Source: Hydrolagus colliei (Eukaryota). Taken from it: a DNA stretch of 64,000 bases. The notes beneath the pieces are model-generated. The model ran no database searches and was not told where the DNA came from. It was given only the letters and a program-made list of their open reading frames with translations. Shown here one piece after another: positions 42,980 to 55,085 of this stretch. The stretch is taken from assembly GCA_035084275.1 (NCBI GenBank), contig CM068742.1, positions 44,144,001 through 44,208,000 on the forward strand, written 5' to 3'. A program made the position numbers and the translations under genes. Every line of letters begins with the position of its first letter. Position 1 is the first letter of the stretch.

Positions 42980-44409
42980 TATTTTTGTTGAGAAAATAAT
43001 ATTTAGAATCTTTTTAATAATATCTTGTTCAGTAAAACAGTGCTTTGACACATTGTGTATTATCCGATTAGCAGCTAAAAAGAGAGTTCTTAAAAACAAA
43101 TATTTAAAAAATTGACCAACCAGTTTTTAACTCTTTGATGGATTAGTTCCTGTAATTCAGATCAGACACGCTGAGATGCATTATCTTTCTTTATACAGTG
43201 CAATTCTTCCCCTTTTCGCTGTACTCCACTTATGCACAATTCTTGGTTGAACGGGAGAGTAACCAGTTCTGAGGCCTTGGCCAATAATTCTCTTGACCTG
43301 GCATTGGCTCAGGACAGCCTATATTCCAATTTGGCCTCCCCGTTGAGGAAGCAGCTGGCTTTTGCTTGCCACCTCCTGACCATTATCCAGATTGAGAAAT
43401 CATTGTGTGGGCATTCATGGGAAGGAACCCTTATCTAACCACTCTGTGGCACAGTGTGTTGGGGGCACTAATGCATTGCATCAGTACAGTATTGTGGCAG
43501 TCTGGCATCACCTCTTTCAATCTGGTTTGTGCAAGTTTATTTTCACAACAAAATCCATTCAACAGTCCACTTTGCTTAACTTCTACCTTTTGAACAAAAA
43601 CAATGGGTATATTTTTAGCATTTTAGTTTCTTACAGCTTTATTATTATCACAGCTAACAAACAATCACAGTTATGTATCGAAAGAGTACACCTCTTTTTC
43701 TATCCTTAGGGTCTTTTTAACGAACACTCTTAGATTTTTGATTGGACATTCTTAAAACCTTTGAGAACTTGAGACAAAATAATAAAAAAATGTCCTGCTT
43801 ATTTTGGTATTAAATAAAGTCCACTATAACCAGAGATGGGAATTCAGTCCACAGGCCCTGTGGCACATACATCATGTTCTGTAGATATGGTAATGGTCAT
43901 TTATAGCTAATACAGGGAGATGCCAATGTTTTTAATTTTCTGTCACACTTGCACAATGATTTTTATACTGAAGTCTGATTCTTGGGGTATTTGCATAAAC
44001 CACTGCTCACAGCCAGGTAACTCAGGGCATTGACCCTTCAGTTATTCTGTTACTTTCAGTGAAAATGTGAGAAGGGGAGCTATCATTCCCTGCCAAATTG
44101 TCCACTTTAACATTCATCTTCTCATGCTGTTCCACCGTCATTTTCAGTCAGTTTTGTTTTCCCCTGACTGTGAGATGGTAGTGGAAACCTTGATACAGTA
44201 TTATGTACCTGAGCTTATTTTGTGTAAGTGGACATGATTCTGTCAAATTGTGCAGATGAGAACAATTCATTTGTCATTGCTTCAAAGTAGAGTATAGTTA
44301 ATGCTTAGGAGCTTTTACATTTTTGTTGCATTGTTGAAGTTATTTTTTAACTCATTGGCCTATTTGTACTGTTTTGTTTTTGCAGTTGTACAGAATTGAT
44401 CCCTTAACT

Positions 44410-44607
44410 GAACATAGGAACAATGGAACAGGAGTAGGCCATTCAGCCCTCGAGCCTGTTACGCCATTCTACTGTACCTCAACTCCATTTACCAACCTTG
44501 GCTCCATATCCATTGATACCCATACCTAACAACAATCTATCGACTTCAGTCTCGAAAATTTGAATTGATCCAGTATTCACATACTTGGAGGAAAGAGCTC
44601 CAGATTT
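44410..44607 (-). mobile_element. CR1-type LINE 3' end fragment
   Basis: GAACATAGGAAC...AGGAGTAGGCCATTCAGCCCTCGAGCCTG...GAAAGAGCTCCAGA; similar to copies at 49790 and 54305. Confidence 0.75.
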
Positions 44608-44644
44608 AGAATATAACAACAACAAATTATATTTATATCACAAA

Positions 44645-44725
44645 TAAAAATAGAAGTCACTGTAAACAATTAGCAGGACAAACAGCATCTGTGGACGCAG
44701 GAAAATGAGCTAATATTTCAGGACA
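44645..44725 (+). mobile_element. Short repeat fragment resembling chondrichthyan Penelope-like elements
   Basis: AGCAGGACAAACAGCATCTGTGGACGCAGGAAAATGAGCTAATATTTCAGG resembles a recalled motif; family not verified. Confidence 0.4.
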
Positions 44726-44756
44726 GTGAACTTTAGACAGGACCGTGTTGGAATAT

Positions 44757-45065
44757 CAGCATTTATGTCGCACGTTTTATGTCTGGAGGATGTCCCAAAG
44801 TTTGCACTAGCGGAGTGGTTGGAATCAAGAGGGCTGGTAGGTAGGGGTATAGAAGTGGGAGGATGATCGATGGCAAAGGCAAAGAGGATAATCTTCAAAT
44901 ATACCTTGAAGGAGGCAAGGTAAGGGCGAGTTAAGTGGGTTTCCGGCATGGAGTTCCAGAAGGTGAGTGCAGAAAGACTGAAGGCCTGACCATTGATGCT
45001 GTGGCAGGTATGGTGGGAGTCATGGAATGCCTGCTGAGTAGAGGGAACGGGGAGGTTGTTAAAGT
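44757..45065 (-). mobile_element. L2 LINE 3' fragment
   Basis: Minus-strand translation GQAFSLSALTFWNSMP matches the L2 ORF2 C-terminal motif RAFSxxAPxLWNSLP, followed by an L2-type tail. Confidence 0.8.
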
Positions 45066-45664
45066 AAGACCATAACATGAAGAAATGGAGGTACTGTAGT
45101 CCAATTTGTCTGTAGTTTTAAGAGCCGTATGCATGTTAGATACTAAATCAAATAGAGAAAGTACACCCATAAGAATACAACAACAACAAAATTACACTTA
45201 TTTAGTGCTTTTTACATCAGGAGGACATCCCAAATAGTTTCAAATGTGGGAATAATCATAATAATAATCCTTACATTTGATATAGTGCTTCATCACATCT
45301 TCGAGATGTAAGTTATTGCTAAGTACTGTGTAATTATATATTTCCAAAACCTGAATTCAGTGTTACCGTACAGTTAATAAAGTTGTGTGCTTTTCTTTTA
45401 CAGGAAACATCAATTGCAGTGTAAAGACCTGACCACTGATTCAAGTTGTTTCACTCTGAAACTGGGCAGAATGTAACTGAACTGCATTGTATGACTCCTT
45501 CTGCAATCTAATACACATTTGGTATTTTAAAAATGAGGTTCAGAAGTGTGAACCATACCGGAAGGGAATTGAAAGGAGATAGCAGAATACCAGTATAGTA
45601 GGTTTACCTATTCAGATCTTTATCAGATACAAAATTGTGTTTTCAGATTATTGCAAAATTTTTA

Positions 45665-46067
45665 AATAATAATAATCCTATCATTTGATATAGCTCCTTT
45701 CTGGTCGGGAAGATGTCTTAAAGCATTCCACATTCCACATACTGCAAAGTGGAGCGACTGTTATTTTGTGGGTAAACAAGGAGTGGGGGTCATTTTGTGC
45801 ACAGGAATGTCCCACAAACAACCATGAAATTATAGACCAATTTTAATGTGGGGAATTGTTGGCCAGGACATAAGAAGAAACTCCCTTCTGTTTTTGAAGA
45901 TTGGGCATCGTATCTTTAAAGTTCACCTGATCAGGCAAACAAGTTCAGTTTAACATCTCCACTCACAGATGCCATCTCCAACAATGAAGCATCCTCTCAA
46001 CACTGAAAAGACTATATCAGTTCCAAATCCCAAAGTGTGTCTTGGACCCATAGCCTTCTGATTCAGG
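45665..46067 (-). mobile_element. Decayed Deu-domain SINE (AmnSINE1/SacSINE1-like)
   Basis: (TTA)n tail, shared 3' module, and a Deu-like core (plus strand TTCACCTGA...GTTTAACATCTC...GCCATCTCCAACAATGAAGCATCCTCTCA); similar to 48715-48900 and 59720-60045. Confidence 0.65.
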
Positions 46068-46519
46068 CTTTCAACAAAGGTAATCTCTATTTAGTTGCAT
46101 TGTATATTAGACCCTTTCACTATTTACTACTATTTACTATGACACATTTGCATAGTGCCTTTCATGTCAGGAAAAATCAAAGACCCCAATTACCTTCCCC
46201 CAGCCATAAAACAAAATGACAAAATTACATGATATTACTTGGTTCTGTGATTTAATGCTACATTTACATTTATTTGATCTGCCCAAATTGTCAACTCATG
46301 ATCTTCTGATCCAACACCCATATTATTTTTGGCAAGCTGCAGGGTAGCTTTCATATTTATTTACAGTCTGAAGATTATCAGAGCAATTGAGTCTTCATTC
46401 ACACTTCTTATTGCATTATAAAGGCAAACAATGAAATGTCTACTTTACAATAATCCTTGCATTTGATATAATGCTTTATTGTGCCATTGAGGCATAGAAA
46501 TTAGTATAAACAGTATCAA

Positions 46520-46686
46520 GTCCCGCCTCAAGACTCTCCTCTTCGATGGACCCATTGGCACCTCCTAATCCCCTTTCCCTCGACCCCCGCCCGTCCTAAG
46601 CTCGGGTCTGAAGCAGTAACTGTCCAATGCCTTGCGACGTCCTCTGGATGTGAAAGGCGCTATACAAGTGTAATTTTGTTGTTGTT
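46520..46686 (+). mobile_element. L2 LINE 3' tail fragment
   Basis: Ends GACGTCCTCTGGATGTGAAAGGCGCTATACAAGTGTAATT(TTG)n; homologous to 63740-63810. Confidence 0.75.
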
Positions 46687-46728
46687 TGTAGGCGAACATC
46701 CGAATCATTTTGCTTACAGCAATGCCCC

Positions 46729-48705
46729 ACAACAACAATTTGCATTTATATAGTGTCCTCCATGCTGGGCAGCATCTCAGAGCACTTAACAATGGCAGAG
46801 CCCATCACCGAGCCAGTGGTGGGGAGAAAGGTGCCCATAAGTGCGGTCGAAGTAAAATGTCTTCTGGAGCGACCTGAAGTTGGGGAAAGATGGGGTGAGG
46901 TGAAAGGGTTGAAGGAGGGAGTTCCAAAGTTTCGGAAAAGTATGACTGTCAACGGTGAAGTGGAGGATTCATGGGGCAAGGAGGAGGCCAGATCCTGTGG
47001 TGCAGAGGCAGTGGGTACTGCTGTGAAGAGAGAAGAGGTTAGAGAGGAAAGGGGGTTGCCAAGGAGTGTAGGGATTTAAACACTAGAATGAGGATCTTGA
47101 AGCTGATCTGCTTTGTGACAGGCAGCCGGTGGAGTTTGGCAAAGACTGGGGTATCGGGGTATGAAGTTTGGTGCATGTAAAAATGTGGGTGGCGGAAATT
47201 TAGATGAGCTGAATTTTGTGAATGGTGCAAGAGGGGAGATGAGCGAGGAAGGCATTGGAGTAGTCCAGCAAAGAGGTAACAAATGTATGGACAAGGGTTT
47301 CAGCAGCTTTTGGGGTGAGGTATTGACAGACAATGTAGGGGAGATGGAAAAAAGTGGTGCTGGTAAAGGACTGGATATGGAAGAGGAAGGATAACTGGTG
47401 ATTGAACCTGTTACGCACTAAGTTACCCAATGGTTCGGAGAATTTTAAGGATAGGTCGGGTAGGTTGAGAAGGTCAGAACTGTGGGACAGAACATGTCCA
47501 TGGGAGCCAAAGAGTATGGCTTCTGTCTTGCTGACATTTTACTGCAGGAAATTTGCACTCATCCAGCTCTTGATGTCCGATAGACAAACATCAGGGAACT
47601 GGGGGTTGCGACTGGAGGTGGAAAATTAGAATTGGATGTCATCTGCACATATGTGGAAGTTAATACTTTGTCTGCAGATGACATCAGCAAAAGAGAACAT
47701 ATAGATTGGGAAGAGAAGAGGGCCAAGGATGGATCCTTCCACAGGTAACCGGACGGAAGCGAGAAGAAAAGTCTTTTCCAGAAATGTAGTGCTGGCGGTT
47801 TGTGAGGTAGGCCTCGAACCAAACAAGTGCAGTCCCACTGAGGTGGATAATGGAGGACAGCCGGTGAAGGAGGATGGTGTGATCAACTATGTCAAACATG
47901 TCAGAGAGGTCCAGGAGGATGTGTGCTGTGGGCAGGGCTGAAGCTGGACTGGAAGGAGAGATGGAGGGATAAATGAATAGGATGGAGGCTGTGGTAGTGG
48001 CTGAAGGCTGGGTGAGTGAGGAAGATGAAATGGAGGTGGTGGTTGATTACTTGGGACAGAAGCATGAGGCTGCCAAGTGGATGTTATCAATTTTGGAGGT
48101 AAGGAAGCATTTGGCTTTAGATTTGATGATTAAGGGTGTTTGAGAGAGCACACAGAGGAGGTGGTGGGCAAGTGGAGAATAGGATTTTGGTGTTATTTCT
48201 GACCTACAGAATGATGTTAGAGTAGTGTGCTACTTTTGCTTGCAACAGGGAATGGTGGTAGCTGTGAATATGCTCAAGCCACAGCTGGTGGTGAATATTT
48301 AGGATATTATTCTGCCACCCTCCCTCAAGCAGCTGGGTTTGGGATTTTAGGGAGCAGAGTTGGCTATTGTACCACAACAAAAACAACAAAATTACATTTA
48401 CAGAGCGTCTTTCATGTCAGGATAGACGGTGTGGATGGGTTTGGAGTCCTGAATTTCAGCGGGATGAGGGAGTTGAAGGTGGAGGAAAGGCAATAATGGA
48501 GCAGCTTGACTGCTGCTTCAGGGTTGCTGTGGGTGGATAGCCAGAGGGTAAGAGGTGTGAGGATGAGAGGGCCTTTGTGAGGGTCTTGGGGGGAAGCATT
48601 TTCCAATGGTGGAAAAGTATATTTGAGGGCTTGATACAGGCTAGTGGGATGTGAGAGGTGGAGATGAAGAAGTGGTCTGAAATGGTTTAGTCCATGATAC
48701 ACGGG
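46729..48705 (-). mobile_element. Degenerate L2 LINE, 5'-truncated and probably internally deleted, with reverse-transcriptase remnants
   Basis: Minus-strand frames contain FDIVDHTILLHRL, EGSILGPLLFPIYM, FHICADDIQF (YADD), LVHTFVTSLLDYSN and LHRLPV...ISFKILILVFKSLH; (TTG)n tail at 46729; many stops and frameshifts. Confidence 0.9.
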
Positions 48706-48714
48706 TCATTCAAA

Positions 48715-48900
48715 CATCCACAAATGAATGACTAATTTTATCTAGGGTTTGTTGGCCAGGACATTTAACATTGTATGTATTATATCCACATTAACTAGCA
48801 GATAGGACATTGGTTTAACTTCTCATCTGAAATAGGGCACCTCTTTCAATGCAAGGCTCCTCCAGCACTATATTGGAATCTTGACTATCATCTTAAATGT
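48715..48900 (-). mobile_element. Deu-domain SINE fragment
   Basis: GGTTTAACTTCTCATCTGAAATAGGGCACCTCTTTCAATGCAAGGCTCCTCCAGCACT; similar to the other two copies. Confidence 0.6.
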
Positions 48901-49789
48901 TTAATAAGATTTATTCCAGCAGAGTCAGGTTGACACCTTGTTTAATGATATTTTATTCACTGTAGGCACATGCCTTCCACTTTATCCTGGTAAATTGGAA
49001 GACATATTCCTACAGTGAGGTTATTTGGCAGCATTGCCTTCATGAATTTCCTCTGCGGGTTTTGGTTAGACCAGATGAGAGGTCCAGCTGGGAGATAAAT
49101 GCATGAATTAGATTCAGGGCCTCTCAGACCTCACAGCTCAAAACCATGTCTTACCTGGGTTAATCCGGCCCCGGCGAGCAACATTGTGATGGCGGTGGGA
49201 GGGATTTGGAAGAGGCTGATTTATTGATGCATAAGGAAGAACCAGCCTTTGACAAATGCCTTCTCCAAATGCATTTGATCTAGGTATAATGACAGCTACA
49301 TTATCTTATTGACAAACACCTACAATTATATCAATATTACTTGGTGCAACAGTGTCAAGCTATCCTCAACACCAGTGTTTTCCCATGGCTCCAGGTTATA
49401 GAGGTACTTGTTGAATGTTCTTTCCAGCTAGGCATGATGGACATCGGGCAGTCTGTGTTCTGCAATGGAGATGGATCAGATGGTGAGGTATTGTAACCTG
49501 GACTGTTTGTTTCAACAGTGGCTTGTTTTATTTGTGGAGTGGCACTACCTGACTTTGGACCAGTGAGTTATGGGTACTGGCATTCATCCCTTGCTTTGAA
49601 GCAGGTGGTTTGGATTAGGCCTCATTCTCTTTGGAGGAAACAACATGTAGATGCAACATCTGTTACACATTATGGGTGCACGCCACATGCCTGCCACATG
49701 TCATGCTGCCATGTGTGCTGATCTTTTGCTTAAGTCACAAAAGCTGTTTCCCATGCAACATACACAGATTTAGATAGAGATGTATAGAG

Positions 49790-50010
49790 TGATAGGACCT
49801 GGAAACAGGCCATTCAGCCGAACTATTCCACGCTGCTGTTTATACTCCACACAAGGCCTTATTCCCATCATTTATCTCCTATCTTCTCTTTTCCTCATGT
49901 ATGTGTCATTTTCTTTTAATTACTTTGATGGTATTTGCTTCAACTGAAGCTTCCACCATTGAGTTCCACATTCTCACCACTCGGCGTGAAGAAGTTCCTC
50001 ATAAACTCTC
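49790..50010 (-). mobile_element. CR1-type LINE 3' end fragment
   Basis: GGAAACAGGCCATTCAGCC...GAGTTCCACATTCTCACCACTCGGCGTGAAGAAGTTCCTC. Confidence 0.7.
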
Positions 50011-50224
50011 TATTAGACTACTAGCATTGGCAAACAAATCAACAGCATTTACAGAATAGTTACACCTCCACTGACGAAGGAGCTGGTCGTGCTCAGATCC
50101 AAGTGGTGGCAACTACTGCCTATGCTCTTTTAAATGTGAAACTACCTTATAAACCTGCAACATAGAGGAGTTGTAGCTAAGGAGAATGGAAAACACTTTC
50201 TAATAAACTGTGGACACATTGTGG

Positions 50225-50322
50225 GCACAATATTACTTTGTAATATTCTGTAAAGCACTTTGAGACGTCTTGAAGACCTGATAAGGGACTGTATCAAATT
50301 AATGGATTATTATTTATTATTA
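50225..50322 (+). mobile_element. 5'-truncated SINE tail
   Basis: TAAAGCACTTTGAGACGTCTTGAAGACCTGATAAGGGACTGTATCAAATT...(TTA)n. Confidence 0.7.
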
Positions 50323-50404
50323 TTTGATATGATGACCCTGTAAAAATATTTTTATTATTGTTATCATTGTGTGAGTTCCTGAGATTAGATAAAACCTGTT
50401 CTTA

Positions 50405-50545
50405 TAATAATAATTTAATAACAATCCTTGCATTTTGGTATGACGCTTTTCACGTCTTCTTGAAATCACAAAGTGCTTCACAGAATATACTGCAAAGGGA
50501 ATTGACTGTATATTTTGTGGGCAAAATGTGGCAGCAAATTGCACT
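50405..50545 (-). mobile_element. 5'-truncated SINE tail, tail-to-tail with the preceding copy
   Basis: Matches 62075-62200. Confidence 0.8.
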
Positions 50546-50619
50546 CTCGTGTTTGAGAAGTGGCAATTTGAATGCAGATTAGCAAAGTGTCCCAAATGAA
50601 GTGACGCTTTTTGTTTTAA

Positions 50620-50805
50620 AAATTGAACTTTGCCCCCTACGAGTTCAACACCCATGCTCATTTTCCAGTAAAGGTCATGATTACGATCAAGAGCAAGAGT
50701 TTGGTGATTATGTTCTCCCGAGCCTAGGGCATTGATGCCATTAGTTGTCCTCATGATTTAACTCTGACTGAGATCAACTACCTCAGCCCAGAGCAAGGAT
50801 CAAAC
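50620..50805 (-). mobile_element. Ancient SINE fragment resembling AmnSINE2
   Basis: Minus strand GTTTGATCCTTGCTCTGGGCTGAGGTAGTTGATCTCAG...CCCTAGGCTCGGGAG...CTTGCTCTTGATCG...TGACCTTTACTGGAAAATG is collinear with the AmnSINE2 consensus as recalled. Confidence 0.6.
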
Positions 50806-53800
50806 ATTGCTTTACTAACAGAGCGAATGAAGAAGCTAATGTAACCTGTTTCAAATCTATTTTGTTTTATATCTTTCAAGAAATCAGCCCGGGTCCATAT
50901 GTCTCAATAGGCTTGTAATTTGCCTGAGTATTTTCACTTATAAACCTCACTCTTAATATATCCCCTCACGTTGACAGTGTTGTGAATGGTTTGTACATAT
51001 TTTAAAGGTGTCATTTTCTTTCAGTAATTAACGGTGATAAGGGTATTACTTGTCTTTTGTTAGAAAGGGTATTTACAATCTCTGCTTTTGATGCAGTTGC
51101 CAAGAATGATCCCCTATGCACCTTCCTCCAGGTGAGCAGGAGAGGAGTTTCAGTGCCATGTTTCAATATCTTAAACCAAGCACCGTGTGCAAGATACAAT
51201 GCTCGTTTCAATGGCTTTACATTGACAAATTATATTTCCCTGTCCCGGGGAAAGAGTTCCTAATTATAATTCAAAGAGGTTTACTGGGTTTTGTTTTATT
51301 TGATTGATACTGGCGTTTTCAACCTTTTGTGGAATAATCTTTATTTTTGTAGAGGTTTTGCAGCACCATCTTTGAATTTCCGTTTTCCACAACCGCTCTC
51401 AAATAAGCAAGTGACAGTTATCTAATCGTGCTCATGCCTGCAGAGGTATATTCACTTCCCGATATATTTCTGCTAAATCTCTCAGAGTTTCATCTATAGA
51501 TTTTCAACACACTACTAATTTAAAAAGCATTGCCTTTATGCTTGTTACAATATCTGAAGGACGATGAAGGCACTGTAGTTTAAAGGCACTGGACTGCTTC
51601 ATGGCACAGCTGTGTTCCCTTCACTTTATGCTAAATGTGAAAGATTATTACTAATCCACTTCTTGAGACGTTTTGAGTTTTACAAAGTATCTGTGGTAAT
51701 GGATTTCTGCCTCCTTTTCTACCCACTTCAGCTTGGTGACACAGTTCATGAGGAGTATGATGCCATGCTGTACTGATAGCGTATACAATGTGCCCACAGT
51801 TTTTTCTATAAATGTTTATTTTTTTTGAGGAAATAAAACAATGAGGTTTGTGTCTATAATATACTGAAACCTGACTTCTGATTTCTGTTTGTTTGATAAC
51901 TTATTTTATTCTCATTTTTCTGTACAGAACGTAAAGTTTCAAAAGCATAAACACCTGAGCAGTAAACATATTATGATATGTGGAAATATATGGGGAAAGA
52001 GCGGTAAAGAGGGATTAGTAATAATGAATATATTGTACAGTGATATTGCAGCTAGCAGTAGCATAGCGATGATGAGACACAGGCAGGGCCAAGTTAAGTG
52101 ATCTAGAGGCCCTAAAACAATGGTGTCAAATCGTGCTCGATAGACGGGATTACGAATGCATTCAATTTATCCGGGATCATTGTAGATCTGAGTGAGTTTT
52201 TCATGAGAACTCATTGTTGAGAATGAGTGATCACCTTCACAGACCATTACTGTAAGCATTAAGAACATGAAGAGCAATCACCACCTTTGGAAATGTTGAT
52301 TCCACCAAGTGATTCAGTTTCATACACTCCAGCATTTCTCATGGAGTTATCTCACACTTAAAATATGTGATGTTAAATCCAGAAAGTGCACAAATTCATC
52401 TACACTGTCTGCATCAACATATTGTTTTCAGCACCGGTAAAATATCTATTGCTGCTGGACATGGCTCCTGCTCTCAACGTTGCCTTTTAACTCCTATTGG
52501 GTCTCTCATCCCGTCATTTTCTGTACTGCCTCTCACAAGGTTGTACGAGACACGAGGCTGCGTGATAGGAAGAGAGCAAAGCTGGAGGTATGATTCATGC
52601 ACTGTTTCAAATATCCAGGGACCCTCAGACCTCAGGGCCCCACAGATCTTGTGGCCTTAAGCTATAGTTTACATGCTTTGTTGATTAATCTGGTCCTGGA
52701 CACAAGGCTTCATTTTGTGCTGAAATTGTCTATTTCTGTGTTTCTATGCATTATTCCTGTGTCAGAATGCAACCAGATGATCTGCTCCCGGGCTTCTGCC
52801 AATGTTACTCAGTGAATAGACCACCAAAAGAGACACAAGTAGAGTCCTGTGTGGTCTGGTCTTCTATCCAATTTGCTCTTGCATGCTCTGGGGAAAGAGC
52901 AGGCTTTTGCTTGGCACCTTCTGATGTCGGCTGTCTGTGCTCAGGATCTCTCTGAGCAGGCAATGAGGGTGCGGCATCAAACCTCCAGCATGCTACATCT
53001 CCATGCCCTAGGGGAATGTTAGTAATGGTCCTTTTACAGCTTAATTCAATGGTCTCTGAACTATATAAGAAAATAAATTGAAGCAGCTTTTCGCTAAACC
53101 AACTCTGCAATTCAAAGAAATTGTTCCCAAAATTAATTGCATCAGTCTCTAGCACACAATACTGTGTGTTAATATGCCTTCATGCATGGCTGATAGCTTG
53201 TGAGGTTGTCTGTAGTCAGTAGAAAGTATAGTGAACAGTGTGCTGTGAGATGATTTCAAGATTCTCACACGATCATAACAGGGGTTCAGATGAAGTAGGC
53301 ATTTCAGTGCAATTGATGTCATCCTTCTAGAATAGCATTACAACACCAAGCTGTTTCTTAAGTAAGCCTTGTGTCCTGTCCTCAACCAGCCTACCTGGCA
53401 ACATGTTTCAGCTGCTGGTTATTCTCTGTGTAACAATATACTTCCTGGAGTCAGATCCCTGAACCTTTCTACTGTACTTTTATTCTGCAAACTTGGTGTA
53501 GTAGGGATTACTTACTCTGTCCCATTTAACATCTTACCTCTCTAGGGTCATCTCTCAGATGTTATGTTGTGAGATTGAATATTGCATGTTTTATCTAGTT
53601 GTTTCACTCATTCAATTTTTCTAATACTTGTACTTTTCTAATATTACAAGCCTTTTCACTCTCCTCTCCATTGTCTCTATAGCCTATGATATGTGACGAT
53701 AAACCAGTCTTTATCTTTCTGCATGCTGTTATGTCTAGATCTCTATTTTGCTTCACTAAACTAGTTTTTACCTGCTTTTCTTATATTGTCTCATATTTGT

Positions 53801-54304
53801 CCTAGTGGTTGGTGGCTGCCTTCTCTCTTCCCTCCTCAAGTCTTTTTTTCCTCATTCTCAATGTTAGTTTTCTGTTGATTCATTTTGAAATACTGTTTGT
53901 TTAAATTGTCTCCGCTGCACTTTGGAATGTACTTGTCATGCATGTTTTGCATCATGTTTTTTCTAAATACCACTGTGTCACTGAGCACTACCCTGATTGA
54001 AGTTTGCCTGTCTGATGTTGTATTCTTCTGTTTATTGTGTACTGTTTCCCCAAATCAGAATGAATGTTATTTGGCTCTACGGTACCCATCACCTACCAAT
54101 ACTCACTGAATAGTGTCTAGTCACTCACAAAAATCAGATCCAGGAGAGAGACACCCCAGTTTGGAGTCCTTGACAGTTTATGTTGGGCTGGTGAGTTAGT
54201 TACTTCCATCAGTTACTACAAAATATCTTCTTTTTCTCACTCATCCTTCCAATGTTTTTATAACATGCTAAATTGGCTTCTTTAGTCTAATAATCTGTGG
54301 CATG

Positions 54305-54850
54305 TAAGAACATAAGAAATAGGATGCGTTTTTAATGTTGGTGCAATCAGCGACGCACCCTCATTTTGCGGGCCCCCAAAGTAATGCAAAAAATTATCGA
54401 AATGGGAGGATTTGAGTGTGCTGTGCTCTTGTCTTTTGTTAAATATAGTGAAAACCAGAGCTGCCCCAGCCCGGCAGAGCAGGCGTTCCGCCTAAAGAGG
54501 CATCACACCCGCCGAAAGTAAATTTTTGCATAAAATAAAATTGCGCATGCACACCTAAACTTAACGTCAGTGACGGACCCCCTAAGAAAATTGCACAGAG
54601 TAGTTTGAAGTCTTAAAAATGCCTCTGAGCAGGAGTAGGCCGTCGAGCCTCTCCCCTATTTAATAGGATCATGGTTGATCTTCTAACCTAATTCCATTTA
54701 CCCGCCCTATCCACATATCCTTTAATTGCTCTATCCATTAGAAATCTATCAATCTCAGTCTTGAATATGTTCAAAGACTGAGCATTCACAGCCTTCCAGG
54801 TAGAGAATTCCATAAATTCACTAAGTTCTGAGTGAAGAAATATTTCCTCA
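54305..54850 (-). mobile_element. CR1-type LINE 3' end interrupted by a 0.3-kb insert
   Basis: TAAGAACATAAGAAATAG (54305-54322) resumes as GAGCAGGAGTAGGCC at 54627 and continues to GAATTCCATAAATTCACTAAGTTCTGAGTGAAGAAA. Confidence 0.8.
54322..54626. mobile_element. MITE-like non-autonomous DNA element inside the CR1 tail
   Basis: Imperfect terminal inverted repeats GGATGCGTTTTTAA...TTAAAAATGCCTCT with subterminal GTGCAAT/ATTGCAC; more CpG than its flanks; no ORF. Confidence 0.65.
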
Positions 54851-54949
54851 ACTATGTATTCCTACACTTTTCGCTAAGCATATTAACCAGATATTTTCAT
54901 ATCTTGGTTTATCCTGCAATTCTGGCTCAATCACTTTAATTTCCCACGT

Positions 54950-55085
54950 GACTTTTTAATAGAGTACAGCTACTTCCATCTTTCCTAACCCTTCTATTTT
55001 CCTAAGTATCCTGTATCCTTGTAAGTTATCTTCACTTCCACCATCCTGATTGAACTATGTCTCCGTGAATCCTATCACATTGGAA
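54950..55085 (-). mobile_element. Remnant of a CR1/L2-type apurinic endonuclease N-terminus
   Basis: Minus-strand translation NVIGFTET*FNQDGGSEDNLQGYRILRK resembles DIIGITETW...GY..FR.DR. Confidence 0.55.

Noticed and set aside
46753-48702. Cluster of 60-110 aa ORFs on both strands
   Set aside because: Fragments or antisense frames of a dead L2 element, not host genes.
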